Below are positions 51,201 through 60,211 of a DNA stretch of 64,000 bases, in pieces; position 1 is the first letter of the stretch; every line of letters starts with the position of its first letter. Made by a program: the position numbers and the translations under genes. The DNA is from Acidobacteriota bacterium (GTDB lineage Bacteria > Acidobacteriota > UBA6911). Location: assembly GCA_963664705.1 (NCBI GenBank), contig OY761556.1:384001-448000 (forward strand), written 5' to 3'. The notes below the pieces were generated by a model that saw nothing but the letters and a program-made list of their open reading frames with translations, was not told where the DNA came from and made no database searches.

Positions 51201-51825
51201 CATGAACGTCGTTGCCACGAGCTACACGGTTCCTAAGGTTTTCCCTGGAAACAAAATCGTATCGCAGATTCTGCGCGACTGGCAGTTCAGCGCGCTGTTG
51301 CGCTACACCAGCGGACAGCCGCTCCAGGTGCCGAACTCTACTGGTTCGACTCAGACACTGTTGGCCCGCGCGAACAATACGTTTGCCAACAGAGTGGCCG
51401 GACAATCGCTCTTTGCCGATCAGAATGGCAACGCGATTGACATCAATGGGAATTACGATCCAGCCACCACGTTCGTGCTGAATCCCAAAGCATGGACATC
51501 GCCAGCGGATGGACAGTTCACCACTTCCACCGCCTATTACAACGATTATCGCGGCCGCAGGCATCCGACGGAAAACATGAGCTTGGCTCGTAATTTCCGG
51601 ATGGGACGCGACGGTCACTATACTCTGCAATTAAGGGCCGAGTTCAACAACATCTTCAACCGTCTGTATGTTCCCGACCCCAGCAACCTGACCGCTGGTG
51701 CAACCCAAACCTATAAAGCCGGTACAAACCTGACCACTGGCGGATTTGGGTACATCAACATGAAGGCTGCAGCAGTAGCCAGCAACGTGCGTACAGGACA
51801 AGTCGTCGCACGCTTCAGCTTCTAG
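48202..51825 (+). CDS. TonB-dependent transporter, paralog of 43900-47574
   Basis: Long shared tracts (GIRNPYAV, LRVEGMDATNNMWQQ, LKPTANPSLTWI, GHCNC.F) and C-terminal ARFSF. Confidence 0.93.
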   Translation: MRLLLKACCCVLLLAGIALAQSDRGTITGTVTDPAGAVAPNASIKAKNIGNGAEYQTLSTNTGNYTLAQLPSGSYELTVAMTGFKTFVRQGITVAAAQTLRVNVSLEVGAISETVTVSEDAPLLKTESGELSHNVRSDTLDSLPVLSIGGSAGSTGIRNPYAVMQVLPGADWRPDASVRVNGAPGNSQALRVEGMDATNNMWQQQGQYTQQGVDAIQEFAVATSNYAAEFGQAGSAVFNLTMKSGTNALHGSVYEYFVNEALNASTPYSEDSAGNKNRPRSRRNDFGFTLGGPIYVPKVYDGRDKSFFFFSFEEYRQATTTKTAATVPTLKMRTGDFSEILGTTAIGTDILGRPIYENQLYDWRTERLVNGTRIWDPFKNNQIDSSLFDSSAVLIQAMFPKPETSGLTQNWNQQTANSTLTFIPSVKIDYSLNNKAKLSGYWSRNSFNTTADDGLPIAITAGVPNTFLSHTLRVNLDYTITPTMLLHVGTGLMVNRMRQLAPQGVDTKATFGINTQAKGFPYIAGPVSTSFGGFSPTMGSVMNSQLDNLKPTANPSLTWIRGNHTYKFGGELIVESHPSYSETFANNWFTFATAQTGDPSLAYTNLGGKTTGFAYASFLTGRVGSGYTNAPSRGHLGSHSIAFYAQDSWKITPKITLDYGLRYDYQTYLKEQYGRWANFSPTALNPNIINPVTNQPMPGATIFEGSGAGHCNCSFADTYKFAFGPRLGLAWQVMPKTVIRAGIGISYGRTPELGYLNNTLSSFVTYGATAPGLAAAQLHDGPPAAYTVVWPDIRADAFPKLPSLGPPAMAVDRNAGRPPRTVQWSFGIQREITKDLMVDLSYVGNRGAWWQANPLVDINGVTPEYLKTKWGLDVNSAADRTLLTTSYANLSAADKIRFPLPFTKFPTSYNLIQALRPFPQFSTISMMWAPLGRTWYDSAQLKVTKRFSHNFDLSYSFTFQKEMTMGSELSYQLFGTINPMVGDVANRASNKYISGLSRPFMNVVATSYTVPKVFPGNKIVSQILRDWQFSALLRYTSGQPLQVPNSTGSTQTLLARANNTFANRVAGQSLFADQNGNAIDINGNYDPATTFVLNPKAWTSPADGQFTTSTAYYNDYRGRRHPTENMSLARNFRMGRDGHYTLQLRAEFNNIFNRLYVPDPSNLTAGATQTYKAGTNLTTGGFGYINMKAAAVASNVRTGQVVARFSF

Positions 51826-51837
51826 TCCATCGCAAGA

Positions 51838-51936
51838 TGTTTGGGGCCGCGGTTCATCCGGGCCCCAAACAAAAACGCCACGAATTGTACGAATTCCGCG
51901 AAACATCTTCGAGAAATTCGTGCAATTCGTGGCGTT
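51838..51936. terminator. GC hairpin plus nonamer-periodic hairpin between convergent genes
   Basis: TGTTTGGGGCC / GGCCCCAAACA, then AACGCCACGAATTGTACGAATT ... AATTCGTGCAATTCGTGGCGTT. Confidence 0.65.
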
Positions 51937-51948
51937 CTGTTTTTCGGC

Positions 51949-54441
51949 CTATATTTTCCCCAGGGCCTTCAGGACTCTTGCGGGCGTCAACGGATAATCC
52001 AGCGCCCACTTGCCTGTCGCGTTATGGATCGCGCCCGCGGTGACTCCCGACAGGGATGCGCCGGTAGCTTCTCCAATGCCGCAGGCTCCATAGGATGAGT
52101 ATCCCATGTGGCTTTCATTGAGGATGCATTCAATATCCGGGTAATCATTCATCGTTCCGATGTGATACCCGATGTTGTCAAAATTCAGCCCCACGCCGGT
52201 GCGCGGACAGTAAATCTTTTCCTCGGTTGCGCTTCTCCCCAGCCCCATGATCGCGCCGCCGTATTGTTGAGCCTCAGCGCTGCGTCGGCTGAACAGATGG
52301 CCGACGTCATTGGTGCACACGAGGTTTGTGACGAGCACTTCCCCGGTTTCGGTGTCCACTTCGACCTCGATAAAATGCGCCTGCCGGCTCATGATGTACA
52401 TCTGCGGATGTGGTTTACCATCAAGCGTCAGCCCGCTGACGTTGGGCACAACCGGATGGACAATGGCCGGATCATCGCCCCAGTTCGGACTCGCGACTTC
52501 CTTAACGCTTTTTCTGCTTTTCGGATTTGCTTTCTCAAAAACAAACCCGTCCTTGACATCGAGCTCTTCCGGCTTTTTGCCGGCAAAAGATACGGAGCTC
52601 TTGCTCGGTGCAAACCCGCGCGGCGGGCCTCCCATCCCAGCCGGCTTGATTGCGTATTCAATGATCTTTCGTTTCAGTTCGCGTGCAGCAACGACGAGTT
52701 GGGGTGTTGATTGACCAATCCCCATGGCTCCGCCGGGAACCCAGAATTGGAAGGTGTCGGCATCCGTCCGTTGATTCTGAACAATAATGTCTTCGTAATT
52801 CAGGCCCGATTCTGAAGCGACGCAGTGGCGGAATGAAGACTCGGTATCCATGCCGAAGTCGGGACGCAAACCTACGATGGTAAGCTTCCCCTGGCGCAGA
52901 ATAAGGCATGCAAACTGCCTGCCGGCTATCCAGCTCCATTCATTGATATGCATGAAACCAAGACCGTGCATCCTGCCGTTAGGAAGTTTTCTTGTGCCAG
53001 GCGCATGCCATTTCTTATCCCATTGAATGGCGTCTTTTCCCAGTTTGATTATTTCCCTCAGGCTTTGTCGCTGGGGGAATGCGTTTTCTTTCTGGTATTT
53101 TGTTACCCAATCCCAATCGTGCCCCTGGCAGCCATCGTTCTTAAGCGCGACTTCCGTGGGATCCAAGCCAAACTCAGCCGCAACCTTGGAAAACATTACA
53201 TGGTGTGGCACGCAGCATTGGGACCCGTGCCTGAAACATACGTGATGTCCGTGGTTGATCAGCGCCCATTGTTGCGTATTGCGGAAATTGTGAATGCTGG
53301 TGGATTCGTGCGTTTTGTCGATGTGAAGTTCACCGACGGGTCCTGTCACATCCCAGTCGACTGCCGTGATGGTCCCGTCTTTTTTTGCCCCTACCTTGCA
53401 GCGATAGATCGCGGCATCATCTCCGTTTGCATAAAAATTGCTCTCGTCATAAAGAAGCTTTACCGGCCGGTCTTTTGCCCTTTTGGCAAGAATGACCGCG
53501 AGTCGGATAAAGGCCGTGGAGTATCCCAGCCATGCAATACCACCGTACCAGGCACCCTGGTACGGCACCGTAACCGTCAGTTTGTTGTGCTCGCAAAGCG
53601 GCGGGATAGGCTGCATGCGGTCCGTGGGCTTCGCAGCGGCTTCAACATCAACACTGCCATAGCCGAGCGAGACCTGAGACAGCCCTGCCTGTACGGTGCT
53701 CGGCATAGTCAGGACGGGGTGCATATGGGCGGTATGGTGTGGCCACAGATCCAGGTGGTCTCCGCGCCATTGAGCGACGCAAGCCATTGCCTCCACACCC
53801 GCCGGCGTATTCGTGCCCCTGGTAAACGTGTATTCAATCGTCTTGTCTGCCTCTGCAAATCCTTTCTCGATGTCCCCGATTTCAGTCGATTTGGTGGGCA
53901 CCAGGGTATTGGGATCCTTCAAGTCTTTTCCCAGCCGCAGTATTTCCGGCATGATCTTGGGCGCATCCGGCTTCAAGGATTTTTCCATGTCCAGGATGAA
54001 GGGCAGCTCTTCCCACTCAATCTGAATCATCCTGAGGGCGCGGTCGCATAGCTCCTCGCTGTCGGCTACGACAACAACTCCCATCGGATGCTGGAAGAAA
54101 TCGCCGGTTCGCGGAAGGGTAAGAATGTTGTATCGACTGGAGCAGTATCCTCCAGTTGAGTTTTCAAACTGAATGTCGGGATCGTCGAACCGCAGGATAT
54201 CCCGGACGCCAACAAGGGCTGCCGCCTTGCTTGTGTCCATTTTTGTTATTTTTGCATGCGCGTACGGGGATGTGAGTATCTTCGCGTACAGCATCCCCGG
54301 AAGAACCACATCTCGCGTAAAAACTGCCTGGCCGGATAGCTTGTCATGGGCGTCCTGACGGGACATTCCCTTGTCAACAGGTGAGACTTCCGGCGGTTTC
54401 CATGTCCACGGTCTGAAATCTTCCGGCATTCCATTCTCCAT
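51949..54441 (-). CDS. Xanthine oxidase/aldehyde oxidoreductase family molybdopterin-binding large subunit
   Basis: R.DA.DKLSG.A.FT.D..LPGMLYAKILTSPYAHAKI, VGAKKDG.I, AHFIEVEVDTETGEV, NDVG, GIGE and YPLTP.RVL. Start at 54441 or 54429. Confidence 0.92.
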   Translation of the reverse strand: MENGMPEDFRPWTWKPPEVSPVDKGMSRQDAHDKLSGQAVFTRDVVLPGMLYAKILTSPYAHAKITKMDTSKAAALVGVRDILRFDDPDIQFENSTGGYCSSRYNILTLPRTGDFFQHPMGVVVVADSEELCDRALRMIQIEWEELPFILDMEKSLKPDAPKIMPEILRLGKDLKDPNTLVPTKSTEIGDIEKGFAEADKTIEYTFTRGTNTPAGVEAMACVAQWRGDHLDLWPHHTAHMHPVLTMPSTVQAGLSQVSLGYGSVDVEAAAKPTDRMQPIPPLCEHNKLTVTVPYQGAWYGGIAWLGYSTAFIRLAVILAKRAKDRPVKLLYDESNFYANGDDAAIYRCKVGAKKDGTITAVDWDVTGPVGELHIDKTHESTSIHNFRNTQQWALINHGHHVCFRHGSQCCVPHHVMFSKVAAEFGLDPTEVALKNDGCQGHDWDWVTKYQKENAFPQRQSLREIIKLGKDAIQWDKKWHAPGTRKLPNGRMHGLGFMHINEWSWIAGRQFACLILRQGKLTIVGLRPDFGMDTESSFRHCVASESGLNYEDIIVQNQRTDADTFQFWVPGGAMGIGQSTPQLVVAARELKRKIIEYAIKPAGMGGPPRGFAPSKSSVSFAGKKPEELDVKDGFVFEKANPKSRKSVKEVASPNWGDDPAIVHPVVPNVSGLTLDGKPHPQMYIMSRQAHFIEVEVDTETGEVLVTNLVCTNDVGHLFSRRSAEAQQYGGAIMGLGRSATEEKIYCPRTGVGLNFDNIGYHIGTMNDYPDIECILNESHMGYSSYGACGIGEATGASLSGVTAGAIHNATGKWALDYPLTPARVLKALGKI

Positions 54442-54449
54442 TGTAAAAA

Positions 54450-54523
54450 GATTCCCGATGTCAAATTTCGGATTCCAGATTCCCGATCTCCAGTCCGAAA
54501 TCGAGAATCTGGAATTTAGAATT
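54450..54523. repeat. Inverted heptamer arrays (GATTYCN)
   Basis: GATTCCC GATGTCA AATTTCG GATTCCA GATTCCC GATCTCC ... CGAAATC GAGAATC TGGAATT TAGAATT. Confidence 0.7.
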
Positions 54524-54529
54524 CACTCA

Positions 54530-56080
54530 TTACCTGGGGTCGACACAGGTAAAATTTTCGGCTTTGTTGATATCGCCGGATCCCTTGAATTTGGGGACTT
54601 TGGGATAGACGCATGCGGGCCTCGTCCGGGACACCACGCCTTTGTCTCGCTGTACGAAGGTAATTGTTTCCGGAGCTTCTCCTTTTTCTACCCAATTCTG
54701 AATGGCGGTAAAGGAGTCGAAGTCCTTCTGGCCGCCCATGAAACCCGGGCAGCCGGTCGATCCTGGGATCATGAACATTCGGGCAAAATCCTGCGTCTTG
54801 CCGGGTCCGCCCATGGTGCTTTCCACTTTCTCGTAATATTCCAGATAGCTGCGCACCGGCAGCGCATTCGAATTCCACGACCCGGCCAGGATGATCTTTC
54901 CGCCGGCCTTCTTAAAAGGCCTTAGGTCCGGATTATTGGCGTCCACCACTTTGCCGGCTTTTTTGATCCCCAGGCGAGTGTCCTTATCAACATCAAATGT
55001 GCGCCAGTCCCAGTTGAGGTCTTCTTTAACCATTCCTTTGAAGTAATCGACATTAACAAAGAAGGGATCTTTTTCAACCATGATAGGAGCCCAGGTCAAC
55101 TCGCTTCCCGGCTGGAAGCCGCTGTAGATCTGCGTTCCATCCTTGAATTTTGCTCCGGCATAGATCTTTTTCACCGTATCCACCTGGGCTGCAGTCAGGC
55201 AGGTCGGTTCATCGGTGTTGCCGCTGCACTGGATGGTTTTTGGGTCAAATTTGCATTCTCGCGGGTCGGTAATCAAACCATCTTTGAAGCCGTCAATGGC
55301 ATCGCAGGCTTCAATGGCGGCTTGGTTGATGATCCCGAGCTTCTTTCCGATATAGCCGGGAGCATTGACTCCATCTTTCAGGGCTACCCAGCTTATGTAC
55401 AGCGATCCGGGCTGTAAATGAGAGATCCAGTAGGCGGGATCGGTTACGACGATTCCGTCATAATCGTTCGGGTAGCGCTGTGCTTCGTTCAGTCCCTGGT
55501 TGCTTCCGTTGTGGCAGCTGTTCCAGTAGGAGTGCTGAGCAGGTTTGCCGTAATATGCAGTGATAAATGCTTTTGCTGCAACCGTCATTTCGTGAACCGC
55601 GCGATAACCCCAGTCCGCCCATTTTTCCGGGTGGCCGACTGCCCATTTTGCCGTGTCGTCAACATGGCCGGTATCAGTGGATGCGGTTGCCCATCCCTGC
55701 GCGACATTGCCTGCAAGAGCACCGCGGGCCAGGGATCCGATGAACCCCGGGTTCCCCACGCCAAAAAATCTGCCGTTCCAATTGGAGGCGAGCGGGAGCC
55801 AGACCTCGATTCCGATGTGCGAATCTTTGGATGGCGCCGAATAGGCTTCAATGCGGCAGAACGGAACCGAAACCTTTTGTCCGGCCTTGGTGTTGATAAA
55901 ACCTTCCTGTACGGGCATTTCCCATCCGGCATCCATGGCCTTTGCCGAGGTAATGGTGAGGTTGGGTATCTTGAGCGATGTCAGGCTTTCGCAGGATTGT
56001 TGAGCATGTACGGGCAATGTAAGAAACAGGAAAGCGGCCAGCATTCCTATCGCGATACAGGAGCAAGTTCGCAAATTCAT
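54530..56080 (-). CDS. Secreted tannase/feruloyl-esterase-fold protein with non-canonical catalytic residues
   Basis: Signal peptide, IEVWLP...WNGRF.G.GN.G, ASTDTGH, AQRYP.DYDG, CDA.DG..DG.I.DP..C, NPDL.PF...GGK, WVEKG.AP and RP.C.YP. Confidence 0.88.
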   Translation of the reverse strand: MNLRTCSCIAIGMLAAFLFLTLPVHAQQSCESLTSLKIPNLTITSAKAMDAGWEMPVQEGFINTKAGQKVSVPFCRIEAYSAPSKDSHIGIEVWLPLASNWNGRFFGVGNPGFIGSLARGALAGNVAQGWATASTDTGHVDDTAKWAVGHPEKWADWGYRAVHEMTVAAKAFITAYYGKPAQHSYWNSCHNGSNQGLNEAQRYPNDYDGIVVTDPAYWISHLQPGSLYISWVALKDGVNAPGYIGKKLGIINQAAIEACDAIDGFKDGLITDPRECKFDPKTIQCSGNTDEPTCLTAAQVDTVKKIYAGAKFKDGTQIYSGFQPGSELTWAPIMVEKDPFFVNVDYFKGMVKEDLNWDWRTFDVDKDTRLGIKKAGKVVDANNPDLRPFKKAGGKIILAGSWNSNALPVRSYLEYYEKVESTMGGPGKTQDFARMFMIPGSTGCPGFMGGQKDFDSFTAIQNWVEKGEAPETITFVQRDKGVVSRTRPACVYPKVPKFKGSGDINKAENFTCVDPR

Positions 56081-56175
56081 AGAAATACCTCTTGGGAAAT
56101 AGAGTTTAGTCCAGGTCTCCTCTGGTCAGAGATGGGGGGTATTATACTAGTGTTTAAGGAAGGGAAGTTAGTGAT

Positions 56176-56221
56176 AAAAAAGCGCCATGCATTGCATAAA
56201 ATCAAGCAATGCATGGCGCTT
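56176..56221 (-). terminator. Rho-independent terminator
   Basis: AAGCGCCATGCATTGC / GCAATGCATGGCGCTT with an A-run on the plus strand (U-run on minus). Confidence 0.8.
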
Positions 56222-56228
56222 GGTCCGA

Positions 56229-58640
56229 CTAGATTTTCCCGAGGGCTTTCAAAACTCTATCCGGTGTTGTCGGGTAATCCAAAACCCATTTCCCGGTTGC
56301 ATTGTAAATGGCCGCAGCCGTGATTCCCGACATGGCGGCACCTGAATTTTCTCCGATGCCAAAGGATCCGAATGCTGCGTACCCCAGATGGCTTTCATTG
56401 AGGAGACAGGTCGAGGCCGGGTAGTCGTTCATCGTCCCGATATGGTAATTGACCAGGTCGAAGTTCAAGGCGACACCGGTGCGCGGACACCAGACATGTT
56501 CCTCGGTGGCACTCCTCCCCAATCCCATGATGGCTCCGCCATACTGTTGAGCCTGGGCTCCGCGAGGATTAAAGAGATGCCCGACATCGTTGACACAGAC
56601 GATGTTGGTGACGTCGACCATCCCTGTCTCCGTATCCACTTCGACTTCAATGAAGTGAGCCTGCCGTCCCATCGCGTACCAGGTGCTGTCGGGTTTCCCA
56701 TCCACCGTCAGACTGGTTACTCTTCCCACCACAGGATGGGTAATGGCCGGATCTGCATCCCAGAATATGTCCGCGACTTCGCGGACTGTCTTGCGGTTGG
56801 ATGGATTCGCTTTTTCGAAGACGTAACTGTCTTTGATGTCCAGATCCTCCGGCTTCTTGCCTGGGAATGCCGGCGGTTGTGCCGTCTTGAAGAAGTGGCT
56901 CGTATTGTAGGCGGGGGTTGGCCGCACAGCATATTCGAGAATTTTCTTCTTCAGTTCCTTTGCAGCCATTATCAACTGGGTGGTGATAAAGGTTGTTGAA
57001 TAGGATCCTCCCGGCTGCCACATGTAATAGCTGCTGTTATCCGAGCGCTTTTCGTGGATGACAGTGTGTTCGTACTTCAGCCCCAGTTCCGAAGCTACAA
57101 TGTGGCGTGCCCCGGATTCGCTGTCCACTCCGAGGTCCGCTCGCACTCCCACGATCGCCAGAATGCCATTGCGAAGCATCAGACAGCCAAAGGTCATTCC
57201 CGGCTCAGGCGCCCAGAAAGCCCATTCATTGACTTCCATAAAGCCCATGCCGTGCATCCTGCCATTCGGCAGTTTCTTGGAGCCTGGCGCGTGCCACTTC
57301 TTGTCCCAGGCGATGGCCGCCTTTCCCTTATCAATGACTTCTTTCAGAGACCAGCGCTGAGGAAATCCGTTTTCCTTCTGGTACCGCGTAACCCAATCCC
57401 AGTCGTGCCCTCTACATCCGTCGTTCTTTAGCGCGACCTCTGTTGGATCCAGTCCGAATTCCGCGGCGACGCGGCTGATCATCACATCATGCGGAACAGT
57501 CGCATGGGAGCCATGGCGGAAACAGATGAGATGCCCCTTGTTGACCAGTGGCCACTGCACCGTGCCGCGTATGTTGGGTATCTTGGTGCATTCGTAGGTT
57601 TTGTCGACGGCGGCATTGCGGACTCCAATCAAGTCCCACTGACAAGCTGTAATGGTTCCGTCCTTTTTCGCTCCTACCTTGCAGGTATATGTTCCCGCTT
57701 CGTCTCCGAGGACCAGGTGATTGCTCTGGTCATACAGAAGTTTTACCGGTCGGCCTTCCGCTCTCCTGGCCAGGATGACCGCAATGCGTGTGAAGCACAT
57801 CGAGTAGGCAAGCCACGAAAAACCGCCGAAATAGGCGCCCTGATAGGGCATGGTCACGGTAATCTTCGACCAGTCCGCTAATGGCGCGACCGCTTTTTCT
57901 CTTTTGTCCAACGGGTTGACCAGGAACCATTGCGGAATATCCTGATGATGAACCCACATATCGAGAAAGTCTCCCCGCCATTGAGCCACGCAGACCGCCG
58001 GTTCTACTCCCGCGGACGAGTTGTATTCTCTTTTGATCGTGTATTGGATCACCTTGTCGGCTTCGGCAAATCCCTTTTCCATGTCGCCGTAGGTCACGTC
58101 TTCCGCAAAGATAGTGTTCGGATCCTTTGCCTTCTCGTTCACCCGTTTGACTTCGGGCATGGTTTTGATTGCGTTCGGCCTGGCAGCCTCTTCCATGTCC
58201 AGGATGAACGGCTGCTCTTCCCAGTCGATTTTCACGGCTCGCAGGGCTCTGTCGCAGGCTTCCTCGCTGTCGCCAACAACCGCAACGCCCATCGGGTGAT
58301 TATAATAATCGCTGGCTCCGGGAAGGCTGAGGATATCGCACATGCCGGAAACCTCGTACCATGCGCCTGTCCCGCTGTCATATTTGATGTCGGAATCATC
58401 AAAGGTCATGATGTCCCGTACACCCGGCAAAGCCTTTGCCTGGCTTATGTCGATCTTCGTGATTTTTGCGTGGGCATAGGGAGATGTGAGAATTTTGGCA
58501 TACAGCATCCCTGGCAGATAAATGTCTCTGGTATAGGCTGCTTTGCCGCTTGCCCTTTCATGCCCATCCTGTCGCGGCATATTGTTCTGGGTTTTTCGAT
58601 AGTCTTCTGGCACCGGCCAGGTCCAGGGTCTGTAATCCAT
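56229..58640 (-). CDS. Xanthine oxidase-family molybdopterin-binding large subunit (paralog of 51949-54441)
   Basis: Same motifs as the paralog; shares RPWTW, CFRHGS, ALKNDGC.GHDWDWVT.YQKEN and YHIGTMNDYP. Confidence 0.92.
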   Translation of the reverse strand: MDYRPWTWPVPEDYRKTQNNMPRQDGHERASGKAAYTRDIYLPGMLYAKILTSPYAHAKITKIDISQAKALPGVRDIMTFDDSDIKYDSGTGAWYEVSGMCDILSLPGASDYYNHPMGVAVVGDSEEACDRALRAVKIDWEEQPFILDMEEAARPNAIKTMPEVKRVNEKAKDPNTIFAEDVTYGDMEKGFAEADKVIQYTIKREYNSSAGVEPAVCVAQWRGDFLDMWVHHQDIPQWFLVNPLDKREKAVAPLADWSKITVTMPYQGAYFGGFSWLAYSMCFTRIAVILARRAEGRPVKLLYDQSNHLVLGDEAGTYTCKVGAKKDGTITACQWDLIGVRNAAVDKTYECTKIPNIRGTVQWPLVNKGHLICFRHGSHATVPHDVMISRVAAEFGLDPTEVALKNDGCRGHDWDWVTRYQKENGFPQRWSLKEVIDKGKAAIAWDKKWHAPGSKKLPNGRMHGMGFMEVNEWAFWAPEPGMTFGCLMLRNGILAIVGVRADLGVDSESGARHIVASELGLKYEHTVIHEKRSDNSSYYMWQPGGSYSTTFITTQLIMAAKELKKKILEYAVRPTPAYNTSHFFKTAQPPAFPGKKPEDLDIKDSYVFEKANPSNRKTVREVADIFWDADPAITHPVVGRVTSLTVDGKPDSTWYAMGRQAHFIEVEVDTETGMVDVTNIVCVNDVGHLFNPRGAQAQQYGGAIMGLGRSATEEHVWCPRTGVALNFDLVNYHIGTMNDYPASTCLLNESHLGYAAFGSFGIGENSGAAMSGITAAAIYNATGKWVLDYPTTPDRVLKALGKI

Positions 58641-58657
58641 GGTTACACCTCATATCG

Positions 58658-58742
58658 GATTGACGATTTACGATTGTAGATTGACGATTGAAAAAACAAA
58701 GCATGCTTTCAAATCGTCATCGTAAATCGTCAATCGTAAATT
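58658..58742. repeat. Inverted heptamer arrays (GATTKAC)
   Basis: GATTGAC GATTTAC GATTGTA GATTGAC GATTGAA ... GTAAATC GTCAATC GTAAATT. Confidence 0.85.
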
Positions 58743-58760
58743 ACAGGTTCTCTACTAAAA

Positions 58761-60191
58761 CTAATGCGTTCCGAACAATATGGCGCCCTGTTTCTGGAGG
58801 ATGTCCTGCAGTTCGGTCACATCCTGTTCGAGTTGTCTGGGCGTAATGCTCTTGCGCGCACAAATGCCGGCGGCCACACCCGCGGCCTGTCCCGTCACCA
58901 TCGTTTCCTGCAGAAATCTCTTATAGGAATCTCTGTCGGTTGAGATGGCTTTGCCTGCAACGAGCAGATTGTCGATCACCCGCGGCACGAGGCAGCGATA
59001 AGGTATATCGTACGATCCGCCGTCTTTAGGATGGACGACTCCCTGGTAGGCAATTGTGTCGCCGGTGGCGATGTGTTTGGCTCCTGACGAGAAGCCGCTC
59101 TTGCCGATTACATCCTTAAACTTTCTTGCCTCGGCACAGTCCGCTTTGGTCAGAACGTAATCGCCCATGATGCGGCGGCTTTCGCGGATGCGCAGTTCTG
59201 CGCACATGCGGGTCAGATAGGAGTTTTCGAAGCCGGGCATGTATTTCTTGATGAATTTCAGTGCCATCCGGATCTGTTTCCGGCATTCGACTTCGCAATA
59301 GGTCAGATCCCGAACATCCGTAGGATCGGAATTGCCCACCTGCGATGAGTGCTGGAAGTGCGCCTGCAGGTGGCCATTATCTCGGGGCATGATGAAGAAA
59401 CCTACGCCGCTGTATTCGTGCCATTCGCCCGCGGCCAGTGCCTTGTCGCGCAGGGAATAAAAGCCCATGAAATTGGTGATTTCCCGGACATCCTTGACCT
59501 GGCGGAATCTCTCGGCAATCTGTTCATTTGTCCAGTTAAGATAGGGATGCGTCATGAAGTTGATGTCGAAGGCCACGTTATCTTTGACATACTGCAGAAC
59601 CTTGTCCCAGTCCACACCATCGACTGTGAAAGATACGGTGTGTGGCTCCAGCTGATCCTTCGACACCTTTTCAAATGGGGCGCCGGCTCTTGCTGAGATT
59701 TCGCCTTCTCCCGTGCAATCAATGATTATCTTTCCAAGCACGGCCTGGCGGCCCGAGGGATTCTCAACGATGACTCCGCAGATCGCGTCGCCATTCTTCA
59801 GGACATCGACCGCGAGGGAGTGCAGTTGCAGATGGACGCCGTTCTCCTCCATCATTTCAAAAATCAGGAGTCCCCAGTAATCCGGGTCTACGAGCGCAAA
59901 GTCGTATCCAATCCTAAAGTCCGGAATAGTGTGCGGGATGGCATGCCCGGCCTTCAGCAACCGCTGATGGGTTTCCTCCATAATGCCGCCGATAATCTGC
60001 TCTTTGCGTGGATTGAACATGTAGGCATAGGCAAATCCCGGAGGTCCCGAGACATTCATTTGTCCGCCCAGAACACCCAACCGTTCAATGAGGATTGTCT
60101 TGGCGCCGGTACGGGCAGAGGCGATCGCTGCGGCCACTCCGGATGTTCCTCCGCCGACGACCACAACATCAAATTCTCCATAAATTTCCAT
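58761..60191 (-). CDS. FAD-dependent oxidoreductase (FAD_oxidored-type)
   Basis: DVVVVGGGTSG..AAIASAR.GA, IDCTGEG, RESRRI.GDY.LT, YDIPYRCLVP..IDNLLVAG and GQAAG.AA. Start at MEIYGEF. Confidence 0.9.
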   Translation of the reverse strand: MEIYGEFDVVVVGGGTSGVAAAIASARTGAKTILIERLGVLGGQMNVSGPPGFAYAYMFNPRKEQIIGGIMEETHQRLLKAGHAIPHTIPDFRIGYDFALVDPDYWGLLIFEMMEENGVHLQLHSLAVDVLKNGDAICGVIVENPSGRQAVLGKIIIDCTGEGEISARAGAPFEKVSKDQLEPHTVSFTVDGVDWDKVLQYVKDNVAFDINFMTHPYLNWTNEQIAERFRQVKDVREITNFMGFYSLRDKALAAGEWHEYSGVGFFIMPRDNGHLQAHFQHSSQVGNSDPTDVRDLTYCEVECRKQIRMALKFIKKYMPGFENSYLTRMCAELRIRESRRIMGDYVLTKADCAEARKFKDVIGKSGFSSGAKHIATGDTIAYQGVVHPKDGGSYDIPYRCLVPRVIDNLLVAGKAISTDRDSYKRFLQETMVTGQAAGVAAGICARKSITPRQLEQDVTELQDILQKQGAILFGTH

Positions 60192-60211
60192 TCTGGTGTC
60201 CCCTTGCTGGT

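Noticed and set aside
51949-58640. Calling the Mo subunits CO dehydrogenase (coxL) or xdhA
   Set aside because: Neither the AYxCSFR nor the AFRGFG signature is present, and there are no cox accessory genes.
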